This document shows, piece after piece, positions 1-14,711 of a DNA stretch of 64,000 bases (positions are counted from its first letter, which is position 1; each line of letters opens with the position of its first letter). A program made the translations under genes and the position numbers. Source of the stretch: Octopus bimaculoides (Eukaryota); assembly GCF_001194135.2 (NCBI RefSeq), contig NC_069003.1, positions 19,378,747 through 19,442,746 on the forward strand, written 5' to 3'. Below the pieces are notes generated by a model. The model ran no database searches and was not told where the DNA came from. It saw nothing but the letters and a program-made list of their open reading frames with translations.

Positions 1-235
1 CATACATACAAAGAAAGCATTTACATTGCTATTATTGTATATGCATATGCACAAACACATAATACTAGCTAAGTATAAAATTGGCTTTGGCATTGCTTCG
101 GTGGCCAGCCAAGAACTGGTATTTCAACACAGTATTATAGTAAACTATTTGCATTCTATTATTATATATGTTCAGTCATATATATGTGTGTGTAGATATA
201 CATACACACAGATTATGGCATATATGTACCATAAG

Positions 236-290
<55 letters not shown>

Positions 291-1865
291 TATTTATATA
301 CACACATGCACACAAATACATGCACATAACACATTTTCATTTTATTATTACACATACCAAATGTTATTTTTAAGTGTAATTATGAACAAAAATGGTCAAA
401 CATTAATTGAAGGATCACTCAATACTGTCTGACAGTCAATGACTGGCAAAACTTCAAAGTCGCTGGCAACTTTTTCCTTGTAAAACATTATACATATGTG
501 TGTGTGTATGTGTGTACACCTTTTTTTTCTCTTCCATGAAATTAAATTTCTTAAAAGAGAAATTTAATTTTATGAAATAAATCATAAAACTGTTTTTGAA
601 AAGCTTTGGTAATGGTGTTAAATCCATCTGATGTCACAAAGATGATTTTAGAAATTTCATCTTAACCAAAACCTTGTTTAGACCATATTCCTTATGAATA
701 GGCATCTTTTCTTAAAGGGTTCATCTAGATATGCCAAGATTTCTCTACTTTAGGAAATATGTCATACATATATAATAAAATTATAAATATAAATTTAAAA
801 CAAAAGAATGACTTGAAAATGAATCAGCACTTAATTAGAGTATTTATTACTATCCTTAGTGAAACCTCTAGTTTTGTTTTGTAAAATAGAAGCATTCTGG
901 AGATCTCTGGTTGGGAAATGCTGGTCAATGTACTTACTGACAATGGTATAGAAGAATAATTTACCATAGCCATAAAACAGAGAGATACTGCAAAGATTGC
1001 ATAACTGATACAGATTTTCTTAACTAACTACCAAGATAAAATCCTTTTGTGGCCAACACTGGTAATAACAGACTGGTATGATTTCCCAGTGATATTAAAC
1101 CAATATTAAAAAGCTTAGTGACTTATTAACTGAACATAAACTGCAATACTTTGCAATAACTTCAACTAAATGGTCATAAATTAATTAAAAAAAAAACATT
1201 GAAACTTGAAGTATGTATATAAAGCTATGGATTGTACATATTGGATAGAGAAATTCAAAAGATTGCTTTAGTCCAATGATAGAACACATGTCATGTTTAC
1301 AGGAGATATGGGTTTGAGTCCCACAGGCAGCTTTCAACTTTTTCTATCCACAGGGTTTTTAACCCAATATTTACATCCTATTATTTATAGTCTTATATAA
1401 TGCTTTGAGTTTCAATGTTTCAAAAATTAATTATTTCAAGTTCATCTAAATGTTTGTAACATAAAAAAAAATATATAAAACAAATTATTTCCTTTTAAGA
1501 TAAAAAATTTTTTTTTAATGTTTACAAGCCATAAATAGAAATATCTTTTGAAATAATAATATTACCCATAGTTAAAAAACCCCACAAACATACAGAAAAC
1601 AAGGAAATAGAAATTGTGATGAAAATCTAAAATCAAAGTATATTTAGCTTGTTCTTTGGAGTTCTTTTTGATAAGAGGAAAATAAATGAATCATATCAAA
1701 ACATGGTCGTACATATATCTCATTTCATCAAGAAAAAAATAAAATCCATAAAGGAATACACTTATACTCACATACAGGTTTATAAAGATACACATACACA
1801 TAGTGCATGTACATACACACATACACACAGATATAAAGATATATATATTAGCTGTGAATACGTAC

Positions 1866-1976
1866 ACATGATGTATCTGTTAAACTTTGGACTAAGAAAT
1901 GAACTGGACTTGTTGCATTCCTGATAATTTCAACAGCTTCATCATGAGAAGCATCGCGTAGATCTTTTCCATTCAC
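1866..1976 (-). CDS. MPDZ: Exon (111 nt, phase 0-0): [37 protein letters not shown]
   Basis: Not in the ORF track. Acceptor cctttacattccag| and donor TGT|gtacgt; C-terminal half of a PDZ domain ([15 protein letters not shown]). The donor position is slightly less certain than the acceptor. Confidence 0.92.
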
Positions 1977-4077
1977 CTGGAATGTAAAGGAAGATATTTG
2001 ATAAATCTCTCTTTATCTTTCAACAAAAACACTCACTCCTTTCCTCCTTCTCTCTCTTTTCCTTATATATTCACAGGAATTCTTACAAAATGTTTTGCTA
2101 AACCAAGGTCTGAAAGAGGATTATGCTTAATATATATCACCCCTCTTCATTTAACACTTGTCATGCCAACATACATAAAAACACTTCTGGTTCTACAAAA
2201 CTATATCAATTAACATTGTTTTTTTTGTTTTTTTAAGATATAAAAGAGGTAGAGTTTTAAACAACATTCTACTGATAAAACCACTCAGCAACAATATATA
2301 TATATCTATAGTTGGCAGGGTATACTATGTTATTTATTGAAGTAAGAGATTCAGTACATTGGCTTTGAGGAGTGATTAATAAATCATGAAATGGTGGGTC
2401 AGGAGACTCCTCACTCATTTTTCTGCATGTTGAAAACATAGAAGAAATGTGTTTACATTATTACATAGTTCATTATCACAGTTAATGACTCTCTAATATT
2501 TAAACTTAACTGATTGACTTCTGATTTATGTTTAGTTATTCTTTTTTCTTTTTATTTGTTTTACTTGTTTTAGTCATTTGATTGTGACCATGCTGGAGCA
2601 CTGCCTTTAGTCAAACAAATCAACCCCAGGACTTATTCTTTGTAAGTCTAGTACATATTCTATCGGTCTCTTTTGCTGAACCACTAAGTTACAGGGATGT
2701 AAACACACCAACATCAGTCATCAAGTTATCAAACATGCACCTCCCTTTTTTTAAAAATAGTTTAGTGTAATTTGAGGGGTATTTGGCTATTACTTTTAGC
2801 AAGTGTAGCATCAGTGTAATTTATTAACATGTAGTGCTAGTATAGCTTGGACAAAGTGTGACATGGCCAAGTGGATTTTTCCAAGTAACACAGCATCACA
2901 TAAAGGTTGAACCATTAATGCTGACCCTAAGATGTAATAATTATGCAATTCAATTAACTCATAAACAATTTAAAAAAACAAAAGCTAAAGAGCCTACAAT
3001 GGACCCTCTACATGGTTACTCTAACATGCTAGAAACAGCAACCAAATCTCCTTCATATTACACCTTACTATCATCTCCTACCATCTTTGTAGGGTGTGAT
3101 TTGAAGGAGAATTGGCTGGTATAGTGTAGTCCAAGATGTTTATAAAAATAGAGGTCATAACTTAAATATCTTTAACCACAGAACTGTTATATCAGAGCTG
3201 ACCTGGAATTAAACAATATCATTAATACTTTAACAAATTCCTATAACAAACAGGACCATATTATTCCTCTAATATTCTATCACCAGTTGGAAATGAACTC
3301 TTGCCTCATTAAATCTTTACATGAAGTTCCAAAGATAAATGGGGTGCTGTGTTACTCACCTCTAATATTCTATCACCAGTTTGAAGTGAGCCCTCCCTGC
3401 CAGCAGGGCTATCTTTCATTACAAGCTTTATGAAAATACCTGACATTATTTGTTCAGGTGAAGCATGAGGCACATTGATTCTTCCACCTACAATGGCAAA
3501 ATGTTTTATGATTAAGTTTGATAACAAAGCAAATAATTAAAGACTTTTTCACACATTAACCTGCATTTTACAATATCTCAACTGATTAAAAAAAATTTAG
3601 ACACATTCATGATTCAATTTCTTTATTAGAAGAGTTAAACATCTTCATCATCTCACTGTTCACTTTTCCCTGCTTGTATAGAACAGGTGAAACACACAGA
3701 GCTAGATTTTCCATTGTCAGATATTCTCCTGTTGCCAACCCTTGCCTGTCTCTGAGCAAGTTAATATTTCCCCTGGTGCTCTGAACATAAACAGCTCAAA
3801 TGGCTGGACATATTTCACAGAAGATTGCAGACTAACGACACTGTTTTTGAATAACAGTGACTTTGTTTACAATCAGCACAAAAATGTCAAGATAAGGAGA
3901 CAAAAATCTACATAGGCGCAGGAGTGGCTGTGTGGTAAGTAGCTTGCTTACCAACTACATGGTCCCGGGTTCAGTCTCACTGCGTGGCACCTTGGGAAAG
4001 TGTCTTCTACTATAACCTCAGGCTGACCAAAGCCTTGTGAGTGGATTTGATAGACGGAAACTGGAAGAAGCCCATCG

Positions 4078-4112
<35 letters not shown>

Positions 4113-5504
4113 GTGTGTATATGTTTGTCCCCCCAGCATCACTTGACAACTGATGCTGGTGTGTTTGTGTCCCCGTAACTTAGCAGTTCGGCAAAAGAGA
4201 CTGATAGAATAAGTACTAGGCTTAGAAAGAATAAGCTCTGGGGTCGATTTGGTCGACTATAAAGGCGGTGCTCCAGCATGGTCGCAGTCAAATGACTGAA
4301 ACAAGTAAAAGAGTAAGAGAGTAATGCATACACACAAACATATGTATGTGTGTGTGTATGTGATGGGCTTCTTTACAATTACTATTTACTAAATTCACTC
4401 AAATGACAGTGTGTTATTGTGTGGTTATTTTGAATGTAAATATGAAGCAAGGTCCTCCCAGCACTAAGCCAGGAAAGTAAGGATGGCTAACTGAACTGGA
4501 CTTACCAGTCTGACTTGCCTGGACACATTAATGAAGTCTTGAGTGGTGATGCAACAAACTGCTCATGAAGAATTAAGGGGCAATTAATAATGTTAATATC
4601 CGTTTCCCTTAACACATCCTTCTAATACCCACTTCTACCTGTGCCCACTCATTACAGTTCCCTTACTCATTCTCATTTTGCAATCTTGCAAACCCACCCA
4701 CTCACTCTCTCTGCCCATCTCTTCCTATGCCAGTCACCTTTTTCCATCCCTCAATACTATTCTCACCAGTTGAGGGGTCTTGCCATTCCAGTTACTTGCA
4801 GGACTCACTGCTGCTGCTGTTGCTGAGTAAACGTTGTGTAAGGTGATTGGCATTATGGTTCTTTTTTCTTTAAAGACCTAATGGGGCCCATCCTAGGGCT
4901 GACAATAGCTGATTTCTTTCAGAAGAGCAAAAGACAGATAGACAAAGTGAGGGGAAGAGAAAAATCATTTAAGCTCAGTAGATGACCTGAGAGCTTGAGA
5001 GATTTGAACTCAGAGCATTGAGTCATAATGATTACCATAAAACAATTTATTTAACACTAATGATTCTGCTGATCGGCCTCATGTATGTGTGTGAGTGTGT
5101 GTGTGTATAGGTCTGTATATATACATAGATACACACAAATACGTATGTTGTATAGTCTTAATTCTGAAAGGCCATCTCTATAAATATGATAGAAATACCT
5201 GTGTCATTTATTAATTATTTATCTTTTGGGTTACTGTCTCTGCTTTTTCGCTTCATATATTTTCCCATTTCATAACTTTTCATCACTTGTCCTTTTACTC
5301 ATTTGGTCTATGGACCTTGTCTTTGTTTGTACTTGTTTCATTCTATCCTTCATGTTGGCTTCTTTACATCCCAGCAGCATTTTGCTGTTGATGCCATCAA
5401 ATTGAACAATATTATCGATAAAGTGTTGAAATTAAGATGATTTTTGGGATGAGTGTGTCTACTCTCTTGTGTGTTTTTTCCTAATTTCCATGTAGCTTTC
5501 TACA

Positions 5505-5535
<31 letters not shown>

Positions 5536-8500
5536 TATGTGTGAGTGTGTGTACGCTTGGATGTACAAATGAGACAAAAAGTACTCAATACATATAGCTG
5601 ACTATATTTATTCATCTGCATTTACTGATTGCCTCAGTAGCTTTTGTAGCTTTCTTGTTTGTATGCATTTCTTCAGAGTGGTACTGGACTGAATTTTCAG
5701 TTTCCCATCAACACACACACAAATAGATATGTATAGTAGTAGTTGTGGTTGTCAGTATATATCACACTCTCAAAGACAGGAGTAGTATGTAACGCTAATA
5801 TTGTAGTGCAATTATTATGAGAAAGAAATTAAACAGTTCATGTATCATACTTCATGTTTCCTGCTTGGAACATGTCTTCCTGCAGATCTCAGTCAAAAAT
5901 GTAAAAATGAAACTAGGAAAATTACGTGCCATACATTGAAAAACTAAACTTGAAATATCCACACACATATACACATACACATGTGGACATACATAAAAAC
6001 ACACACATACACACATATATATATGCATATACACAAACAGAAACCCACATATTGTGTATGTGTGTGTATGCACACACACACACACACACACACATACATA
6101 GATAGATATATGCAAACATATATATATTTCTTTGTAGTAGTGGTGAATCTCAAAGCACATACAGCTACAGATTTTGGGTTGAAATCCCTTTGGATTGAAA
6201 AGAGCTAAAGACTGCAAGAGGGAATCAAACTCACATCTGTAAACATGACATATTCTACCACTGGACCGAGGCAATCCCATAAATAATGCAGATTTTTTAT
6301 ACTTATTTTATTTTTCAAAATTAAGATAATCAAAGTTCTTTTGTTATCCAAAATATATTCTCCTTCATTTTCTATGATGCTTTTCTATCTACCTGGTAGA
6401 CTGCAAGATCCCTCTTCCAAAATTCACTTATCTGTGAGGAAAAATACTCCTCCAGTACTGTTCTGACCTCGTCTACAGAGTTCATATTTTTTCTGTCCAA
6501 ATGATTTTGGAGATTGCGGAATAAATGATAATCAGATGGTGAATATGGTGGGTGGGGCATCATTTCCCATTCAAACTGCTCCAGCCTTTGAAATGTCATC
6601 CTCGCTAGATGTGGCTGAGCATTATCCTGATGGAAGAACACCTTTCATCTGAAAACCAAAGCTAGTCCTTTTTCTTCTAACGCTGACTTAAGCTGCTCAA
6701 GCTGCTCATAATACATCTCCTTTGTTATCACTTGGTTTGGGCTTAAAAGTTCAAAGTGGACTAAACTTTTCATATCCCACCAAACAGATAACAACACCTT
6801 ACATAAGACCTTTAGTCTGGGATGCTGGTGTTTCTCCTTTCCCTACCCGCTGTCTTCAGTGCTCGACATTTTTATAGAGAACCCATTTCTTGTCACCAGT
6901 CACTATTCGGCCCCAAAACGGTTCATTAGTGAGGCTTAACAGCACAGAAGAGCACACATTCACTCTCTGTGTGTGATTAGACTTGGAAAGTTTGTGAGGA
7001 ACCCATTGACCCAATTTGCTAACTTTTCCAGGGGCATGCAGGTGTTGATGAATGGTTGAATAACCAAATCCAAGCTTCTCTGCTAGTTTCTCAAGTTACG
7101 ATGGGATTTTGTTCCACCAGGGTTTGCAGGACATCCTCGTCGAGCTCTACAGATCTTCCAGGATGAGGCTTGCCTTCTAGGCTGTAGTTTCCGGCTCGGA
7201 ATTTCTGGAACTACTGTTGACACTGGCTTGCACTTATTGTCCGATCCCCATATACTGCATTAATATTCCTCACACTTTCCATTGCGTTGTTGCCTTTACT
7301 GAACTCATAAAGCAAAATATGCTGAATATGCTCCTTTGTCACTTCCATTATAGCTTTGAAAAAATAACTTAAAATCAAACTACACTCTTCAAAACTATCA
7401 CTAAGAATAAGTACAAGGTAAAATTACTACCTGCTTTTATAGCAAGTTGATGGAGGTAGGTTATTCCATGCCCCTCTGACTTTTAGTTCATGCAACTGAA
7501 ATAAACTGCATTATTTATGGGATGACCCAATATATATATCTACATACATATACACACATATGTATTAGCAGGAACATTGCCCTCCAAGTGGTTTTCTAAT
7601 AGTTATTAAATGATACATATACATGATTCTCAATGTGTGCAACTTAGCTGATATGATACATATAATTATTCTTTTGCAACTTTCATTCATCTAATTGTAA
7701 TTCCTCATTCAGTAAATAGATTTAGAATAATACCAAGGACTCAAAGACAGCCTTATAATATAGAAATCAGATATTATGTTGACTTAACTTAGGCACATTA
7801 ATCTCTCTCTTTTAAACAAACACAAAGGTAGCCCATCCTGTATGTGGTTGTTTATTATGCTAGAAATAGCAAGGATAACTTGGGTATATTCTAAGGAATA
7901 TTGCAACCATATCAACAAATTCACCACTGATAATTTATTTTTGAAATTTTGCCAATATCTCTGGAAAATCTCATTTTATTAAAAAAAAAACGTTCATTTA
8001 ACAAATTTCTGAAGGAAAACGGTTTAAAAGTCCTCAAAAGTAATTTTCTTTCCAGCATAATTGCAATCTATGTCTCCAAAACATGAAATTCATGAGGAAT
8101 CAAAGTTGAGACATGTGAATTATATGAAACAACAACAACTGTTCCCCACCTCCCCAAAAAATGTTTCCACAACAAATTCATATAATGATTATATATTATG
8201 GTTATATATTATATATATAAATGATTATATATTATGATACATATAATCATAATATACACCATCTAAAATGTATTTGTGGTAAATTTCATTAAAAAATATC
8301 TATTTTTCAGAAAGTTATAAGGAAACAAATCTGGGGAGAAATACTTTGGACAAAAGAAAATGAGACAAGTCTATATTTGGTGCAAATGATGTGAGTGAAT
8401 TAGAATCACTTTGAAATGGCACTGGATTCAACATAATTTGGTTGTATACTCTTTTACTCTTACTTGTTTCAGTCATTTGACTGCGGCCATGCTGGAGCAT

Positions 8501-10017
8501 CGCCTTTAGTCGAGCAAATCGACCCCAGGACTTATTCTTTGGATGCCTAGTACTTATTCTATCGGTCTCTTTTGCCGAACCGCTAAGTTACGGGGACCTA
8601 AACACACCACCATCGGTTGTCAAGCGATGTTGGGGAGACAAACACAGACACACAAACATATACACACATATACATACACATATATACATATGTACGACAG
8701 GCTTCTTTCAGTTTCCATCTACCAAATCCACTCACAAGGCTTTGGTCAGCCTGAGGCTATAGTAGAAGACACTTACCCAAGGTGCCACGCAGTGGGAATG
8801 AACCCGGAACCATGTGGTTGGTAAGCAAGCTACTTACCACACAGCCACTCCTGCGCCTATCTGGATTAAACATAATTTAGAGAATATGTCTATAGAAAGT
8901 AGCATTGCAAATATTTGGGCAGCCTTTATATTTTCAGAAGTATAAACAGCATAAGATGCTGCAGTGAATAAAATTCAGTTTTGTGACTGAATCATGAAGT
9001 TGAAGTCTTCAATAAAAAATGAATCATAAAGACCACATTTTGATAAAAATATATTAAAATTGGAACTTAGAAGAATGTTCTAGGCAGTGTGTATTTCAAT
9101 AACTACCTTCTTTTAATAGAAGTTACATACTCCAAACTAATTAATAAGAAACTTTATTATAGCATAAAAAATACACACACACACACGTGTGTCTGTATAC
9201 GTATTGACATTTACATGATAGTCACCACTGAACAGTGAAATAAGAAACTTAAAAGCAAAAACTTACCCACAATGCTGATGCCTAAACTCTTGCCAGGTTC
9301 TCGCTCAAGAGTAACTTCACGTGGCGCCCTCCATGTGTGGTCCCCAGTGGCTGGAGAGCCATCACACGATAGTGTCATCTGGCGCCCTTGTCCTTTAGAG
9401 GTGATGGGTACAATTGGAGATGTGGGAGCACTTGCGGGTTTCTCTTTGCCCAGATGAAGTGGACTGTGTGATGGTGATGTGTAAGCAGAACGAAGCCCCT
9501 CCGTACTGCCGTGACCATACATGTGTATTGGAGATAAATTGGAACTGTAGTAAGGGAAAGAGAAGAAAAGGAAACATAAAATATATTTGGAGAAGTACCA
9601 GCAATGTTTCATCTTATAATGATATTAATAACAATTGTAACAACATCAACAACAATTGTTTCTAAAATAAGTACAATGCCACAAGTTTGTGTTGGGGGTG
9701 AGGGTCAGTTGATTAGATTGAGCTAAGCATTTCATTGGTACTTCATTTCCAGGAGTATAAGCAGAAGTATTAAAAAAGATGCTACCTTGTAGTGTAAGAT
9801 GACTATGTCGCAGTAAATAAAAATTAGTTTTGTGATTGAAACATGAAGTTGAAAGCTTCAGTAATAAAAGAATCTTGAAAAACACATTGAGTTAAGTATT
9901 TATCTGCTATGTTATTTTAGAGATCCCAGAGATATGGAGAGAAAAGTCGACATTGATAGGATTTGACCTCAGAATGTAAAGAGCTGGAACAAATACAGCA
10001 AAACATTTTACCCAATA

Positions 10018-10081
<64 letters not shown>

Positions 10082-13000
10082 GTGAAAAAACAATGATGAA
10101 GTGGGGCAATGAAGAGAGTGGACATGATACCAATAGTGATTGGTGCACTTGGAAGTATCAGTACCAAACTACCAGCATGGCTCAAAAAAAGATTGGAACG
10201 AATGTAAAAACAGAACACATACAAAAATCGTCATTGCTTGGAACTGCAAGAGTTCTCTGCAGTGTTAATGAAGCATGATCAGTAAACAAGAGTCAACTTA
10301 GTGTGCTGGTACTTTCCATCATACTCAGCAAAATAAAGCTGAAATTTTTCATGATATAATAATGATCACAAATTTTGCCACAAGACCAGCAATTTCGGGG
10401 GAGAAGATAAGTCACTTAGATTGGCCCCAGAGTTCAGCTCGTACTTATTTTATTGACCCTGAAAAAATGAAAGGCAAAGACAACCTCAGAGGAATTTGAA
10501 CTCAGAGCATAAGGATGGATGAGATTCCTCTAAGCACTTTTCCCAGCACAGTAACGATTCTTACATTTTCATGATAAAATTAATAATAATAATAATGATA
10601 ATAATAATAATAATTCTCTCTATTACAGGCACAAAGCCTGAAATGTTGTGGGGAGGAGCTTAGCTAATTACATTGACTCAAGTGCACAACTGGTACTTAT
10701 TTTATTAACCTCGGAGAGGATGAAAGGCAAAGTGGGTCTCGAATTTGAAGTTTGAATGTAAAGAGGTGGAAGAAATAACACAAAGCATTATGTCTGATGC
10801 TCTAACAATTCTGTGAACCCCACTCCTTCTATCATAGTTCCTAAATTTTAGAGAGGGGTATGGTAATTTTTAATGGGAGGAGCTTAATCAAACTGACCCT
10901 AGTAATTGGGTGGTACTTTATTTATCGACCCTAGAAGGAAAAAAGGCAAAATTGATGTCACTGGATTTGAACTAAGAATGTAAAGACTTGGAACAAATAC
11001 CATGAGATATTTTCTCCCTGATGCTTTAATGTTTCTGCCAATCCACCACCCTAAAATATTGAAATACACACACACATGCATGTACAAAAGCACAGACTAA
11101 TTATTGGAATTAATTAAAAATTTTACAAAGTCTGAGGAAACTTGTGAAGATCTGTGTTATTAGAAATTAATTAGTGAACTTTGTAAATTTGGATACGTTT
11201 GCATGTTTATAGGCAAATAATTAATTAATTTACTGAATGCTGGCATGTGTGCAAGCAGTGCTGAATACAAATTAATGTTGGCATAAAAGTTTTGTTGCTC
11301 TTGATGGTGTAGGAACAGAGGTTCCAGACTCTAATGAGGTGATCAAAACATTGCAGTTTTTGCCATCTGACAATGTTTCAGCATCTGAATGGATCTTATT
11401 TTAAGAAGTCAAAATCAACCGCAGCAGATTCTGAACTTAGAAAGCAAAGGGAAGTTTAAAAACTAAATACTGCAAAGCATCTTGTCCACAACAATACTGA
11501 TTATGTGACTTACTACCATTTCAATATTAATAATAACAATAATAAAACATAATGGCAATACAAGAGATAATAATATCATAGATACATCATGTGTTTTTCT
11601 GTGTTTAACAAATAAAACAAATTGAAGAAAGATGTTAGTTTAATCAGAAACATTGAGTTTGTGTTTTTTTTTGAAAACTTCAAATAAATAATGTGATTCT
11701 TAAAATAATAAATTAGTTAAATAAGACATTATAATTTTTAAACAACTTGAAATATTTTTCTCTCACTGCTGGAAAGAAAAAGACAGAACATTAAAGAAAC
11801 TAAACTTGGGAAAAGCTAAGATTTTGTAACAAGAACAATTCCTTTAACATTGTTTTGTAATTATATTTCTAATTAAATACACTGCTTCTATAATTCTAAT
11901 AATTTTTGAAATAATGAAGAATTTAAAGAGGTTTAACTTTTTTAATACCAACCTATCTGAAAGCATCTTTGGAAGGTAGTGTATTACAAAATTTCTGTTA
12001 TAAATTTATCTAAATTAAAGCTTCCTATCAAAATTTTATGTTAATTTATATTCCAAACACCAGTTTAATAATGACAGTTATTTAAATAAATACTTCATTA
12101 TTTTCAAAATTAATTGAAATTAAGGCAGTGTATTTCCGCAGAAATATGATAACAAAAGGGTTAAAATGTGATAAACTTTTATTTTGATTATTGAGCTGGT
12201 GTAGCGAGGTAGATTGACAGAATCATGAGAGCATTGGACAAAACACCTTGAAGCAAGTGTTTGGCTCTTCATATTCTGAGATTGACTCCTGCTATAGTCA
12301 ACTTTGCCGCTTATCCCTCTGGGGTCAATAAAATAAAGTATCAATCAAATACTGGAGTTGATTTAATTGACAAATATCTTTCCCTCAAAACTGCTATCCT
12401 TGTGCTTGAATTAGAAACCATTATTAAGTTGGTGGTGTCTGGAATATAATTTAATGAAATTATGATGGATGGTTGAACTGTATTTATTTTTAAATGGACA
12501 GACTTTTTTTTCGTAAGACCTAGAGGTAGTGTCAGGATAAGTGGTATCAAAAGAATTCAGGAATACAATGCGAAGTAGCTGTTGTTTTCCTTTTATTTTT
12601 TGTTATAGATAGAGATATAACAACAATAATGGTAATAATAACTGTTTCAAATTTCAGCACAAAGCCAGCAATTTTAGGAAAATAGGCAAGTTGGATTAAG
12701 TTGACATCTGTACTGGACTGGTACTTTATTTCATTGACCCTCAAAAAATGAAAAAAATGAAAAGCAAAATCAACCTCAGTGAGATTTGAGCTCAAAACAT
12801 AAAGAGCCAAAAGAAATTTCTGATAAGCATTTTGTTCAACATGTTAACAATTCAGCCAACTTGCTGTTTAGAAATAATAATAATAATAATTTCCTGTATT
12901 TGCTACAAGCTCACTGAAAAAGGGTCTGTTGGGGGTGCCTATTATCTTTTACTGGTTTCAATCACTGGATTAAGACCATGCTGGAGCATTACCTTGAAGG

Positions 13001-14644
13001 GCATATTAGTCAATTATATCAATACCTATCATTATTGAATACAACTTATTTTTATTCACCTTGTTTGGACAAATAGCAGAGTGAACTCAGATTGTGAAAG
13101 GATGGAAGCAAATGATACAAGTTATTTAATTTACCTCTCTAATAATTTGGTCATCTACCTATATGTCTTGGATTGAAATTCTTTAATTAAACTCAATGAA
13201 ACCAAACAATTGTTAACTTTACATCTCCAGAAGATTTGTTGTTACAGTAATCAGTTTTGAAAGATGTTATGACAATAATTGTATAAAAATCTTGTTATTT
13301 TAGTCTCTAGGCAATCCATCCATGACCATCCAATATGTCTATTATTTATGTGAAGCAGTAACATGTTTTTAAGAGCTTTGGGGATTATTTCTAGCAGATG
13401 GAGTGATCATGGATAGGATCTATTGCTGGCTGATTTGGAAAAATTGTAAAAGCTGTATGCTTGAGTACAAGACATAGTTATAAAACTGAAAATAACTATA
13501 AAAAATGAATGCAATTAAAAACATGAATAAAACATTAGCAAAAATATTATTAATGTCTGCAATATTTATAAGATATAATGTAACATAAAACAAAAACAAT
13601 AAAGAACATGTTCCAATAAAAACATAAAAATATCTCAAATTTTAAAACATTATAAAGATTGTAATTAACAAACATTTGAAAATCAAGATGTTTATTAAAA
13701 ATAAATAAAATCATAGTTAAAATATAAAAACCTTGTAAATGATAAAGTGTAAAAAAAAAGTAAATAATCGTTTCATATCTTAGCACAAAGCCAGCAACTT
13801 TGGGGGAGAGGATTTGTTGATTATATTGGCACCAGTGCTCAACTGGTACTACTTATTTTATCTACCCTGGAAAGACGAAAGGCAAAGTTAACCTCAGCTG
13901 GATTTGAACTCAGAATGTAAAGAGCTGAAATAAACACTGCTAAACATTTTGTCCAGTGCAGTAACAGTTCTACCAGTTTACTGCCTTAATAATACTAACG
14001 ATAATAATAATAATGATAATAATGATTTTCAAGTTTTGGCACAAGGCCAGCAATTACATTGGCCCCAGTGCTCAACTGATACTTACTTCATCAACCCCAA
14101 AAGGATGAAAAGCAAAGTCAACATAAAAGTGGACAAAACATCGCCAAGCATTTTAATCTGACATGCTAACAATTCTGCCAGTTCACCACCTTAATAATAA
14201 TAATAATCCTTTATACTATAGACACAAGGCCTGAAATTTGGAGTAGGGGACTAGTTGATTACATTGACTCCAGTGAATAACTGGTACTTATTTCATTGAC
14301 CCTGAAAGAATAAAAGCCAATGTCAGCTTTAGGGGAATTCGAACTCAGAATGTAAGGACAGATAAAATGCTGCTAAGCATTTTGCTCAGAATGTTAACAA
14401 TTCCGCCAGCTCGCCACTTTAATAATAATAATCCTTTCAGCTAAAGGCACAAAGCCTGAAATTTTGTAGGAGGGGATTAGTTGATTACATTAATCCCAAT
14501 GTTTCACTGGTACTGAATTTATCTACCCCAAAAGGATGAAAAGCAAAGTCGACTTCAGTTGAATTTGAACTCAGAACATAGCAACAGGCAAAATACTGCT
14601 AAGCATTTCATCCAGCATGCTAATGATTCTGCCAGTTCACCACC

Positions 14645-14711
<67 letters not shown>

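Noticed and set aside
535-575. Small AT-rich hairpin of about 18 bp
   Set aside because: Low complexity; expected by chance at this AT content.
1263-1335. Possible tRNA gene
   Set aside because: A and B boxes are degenerate, no clean cloverleaf forms, and a related copy with the same 3' extension lies at about 6175-6278, so it is a SINE head.
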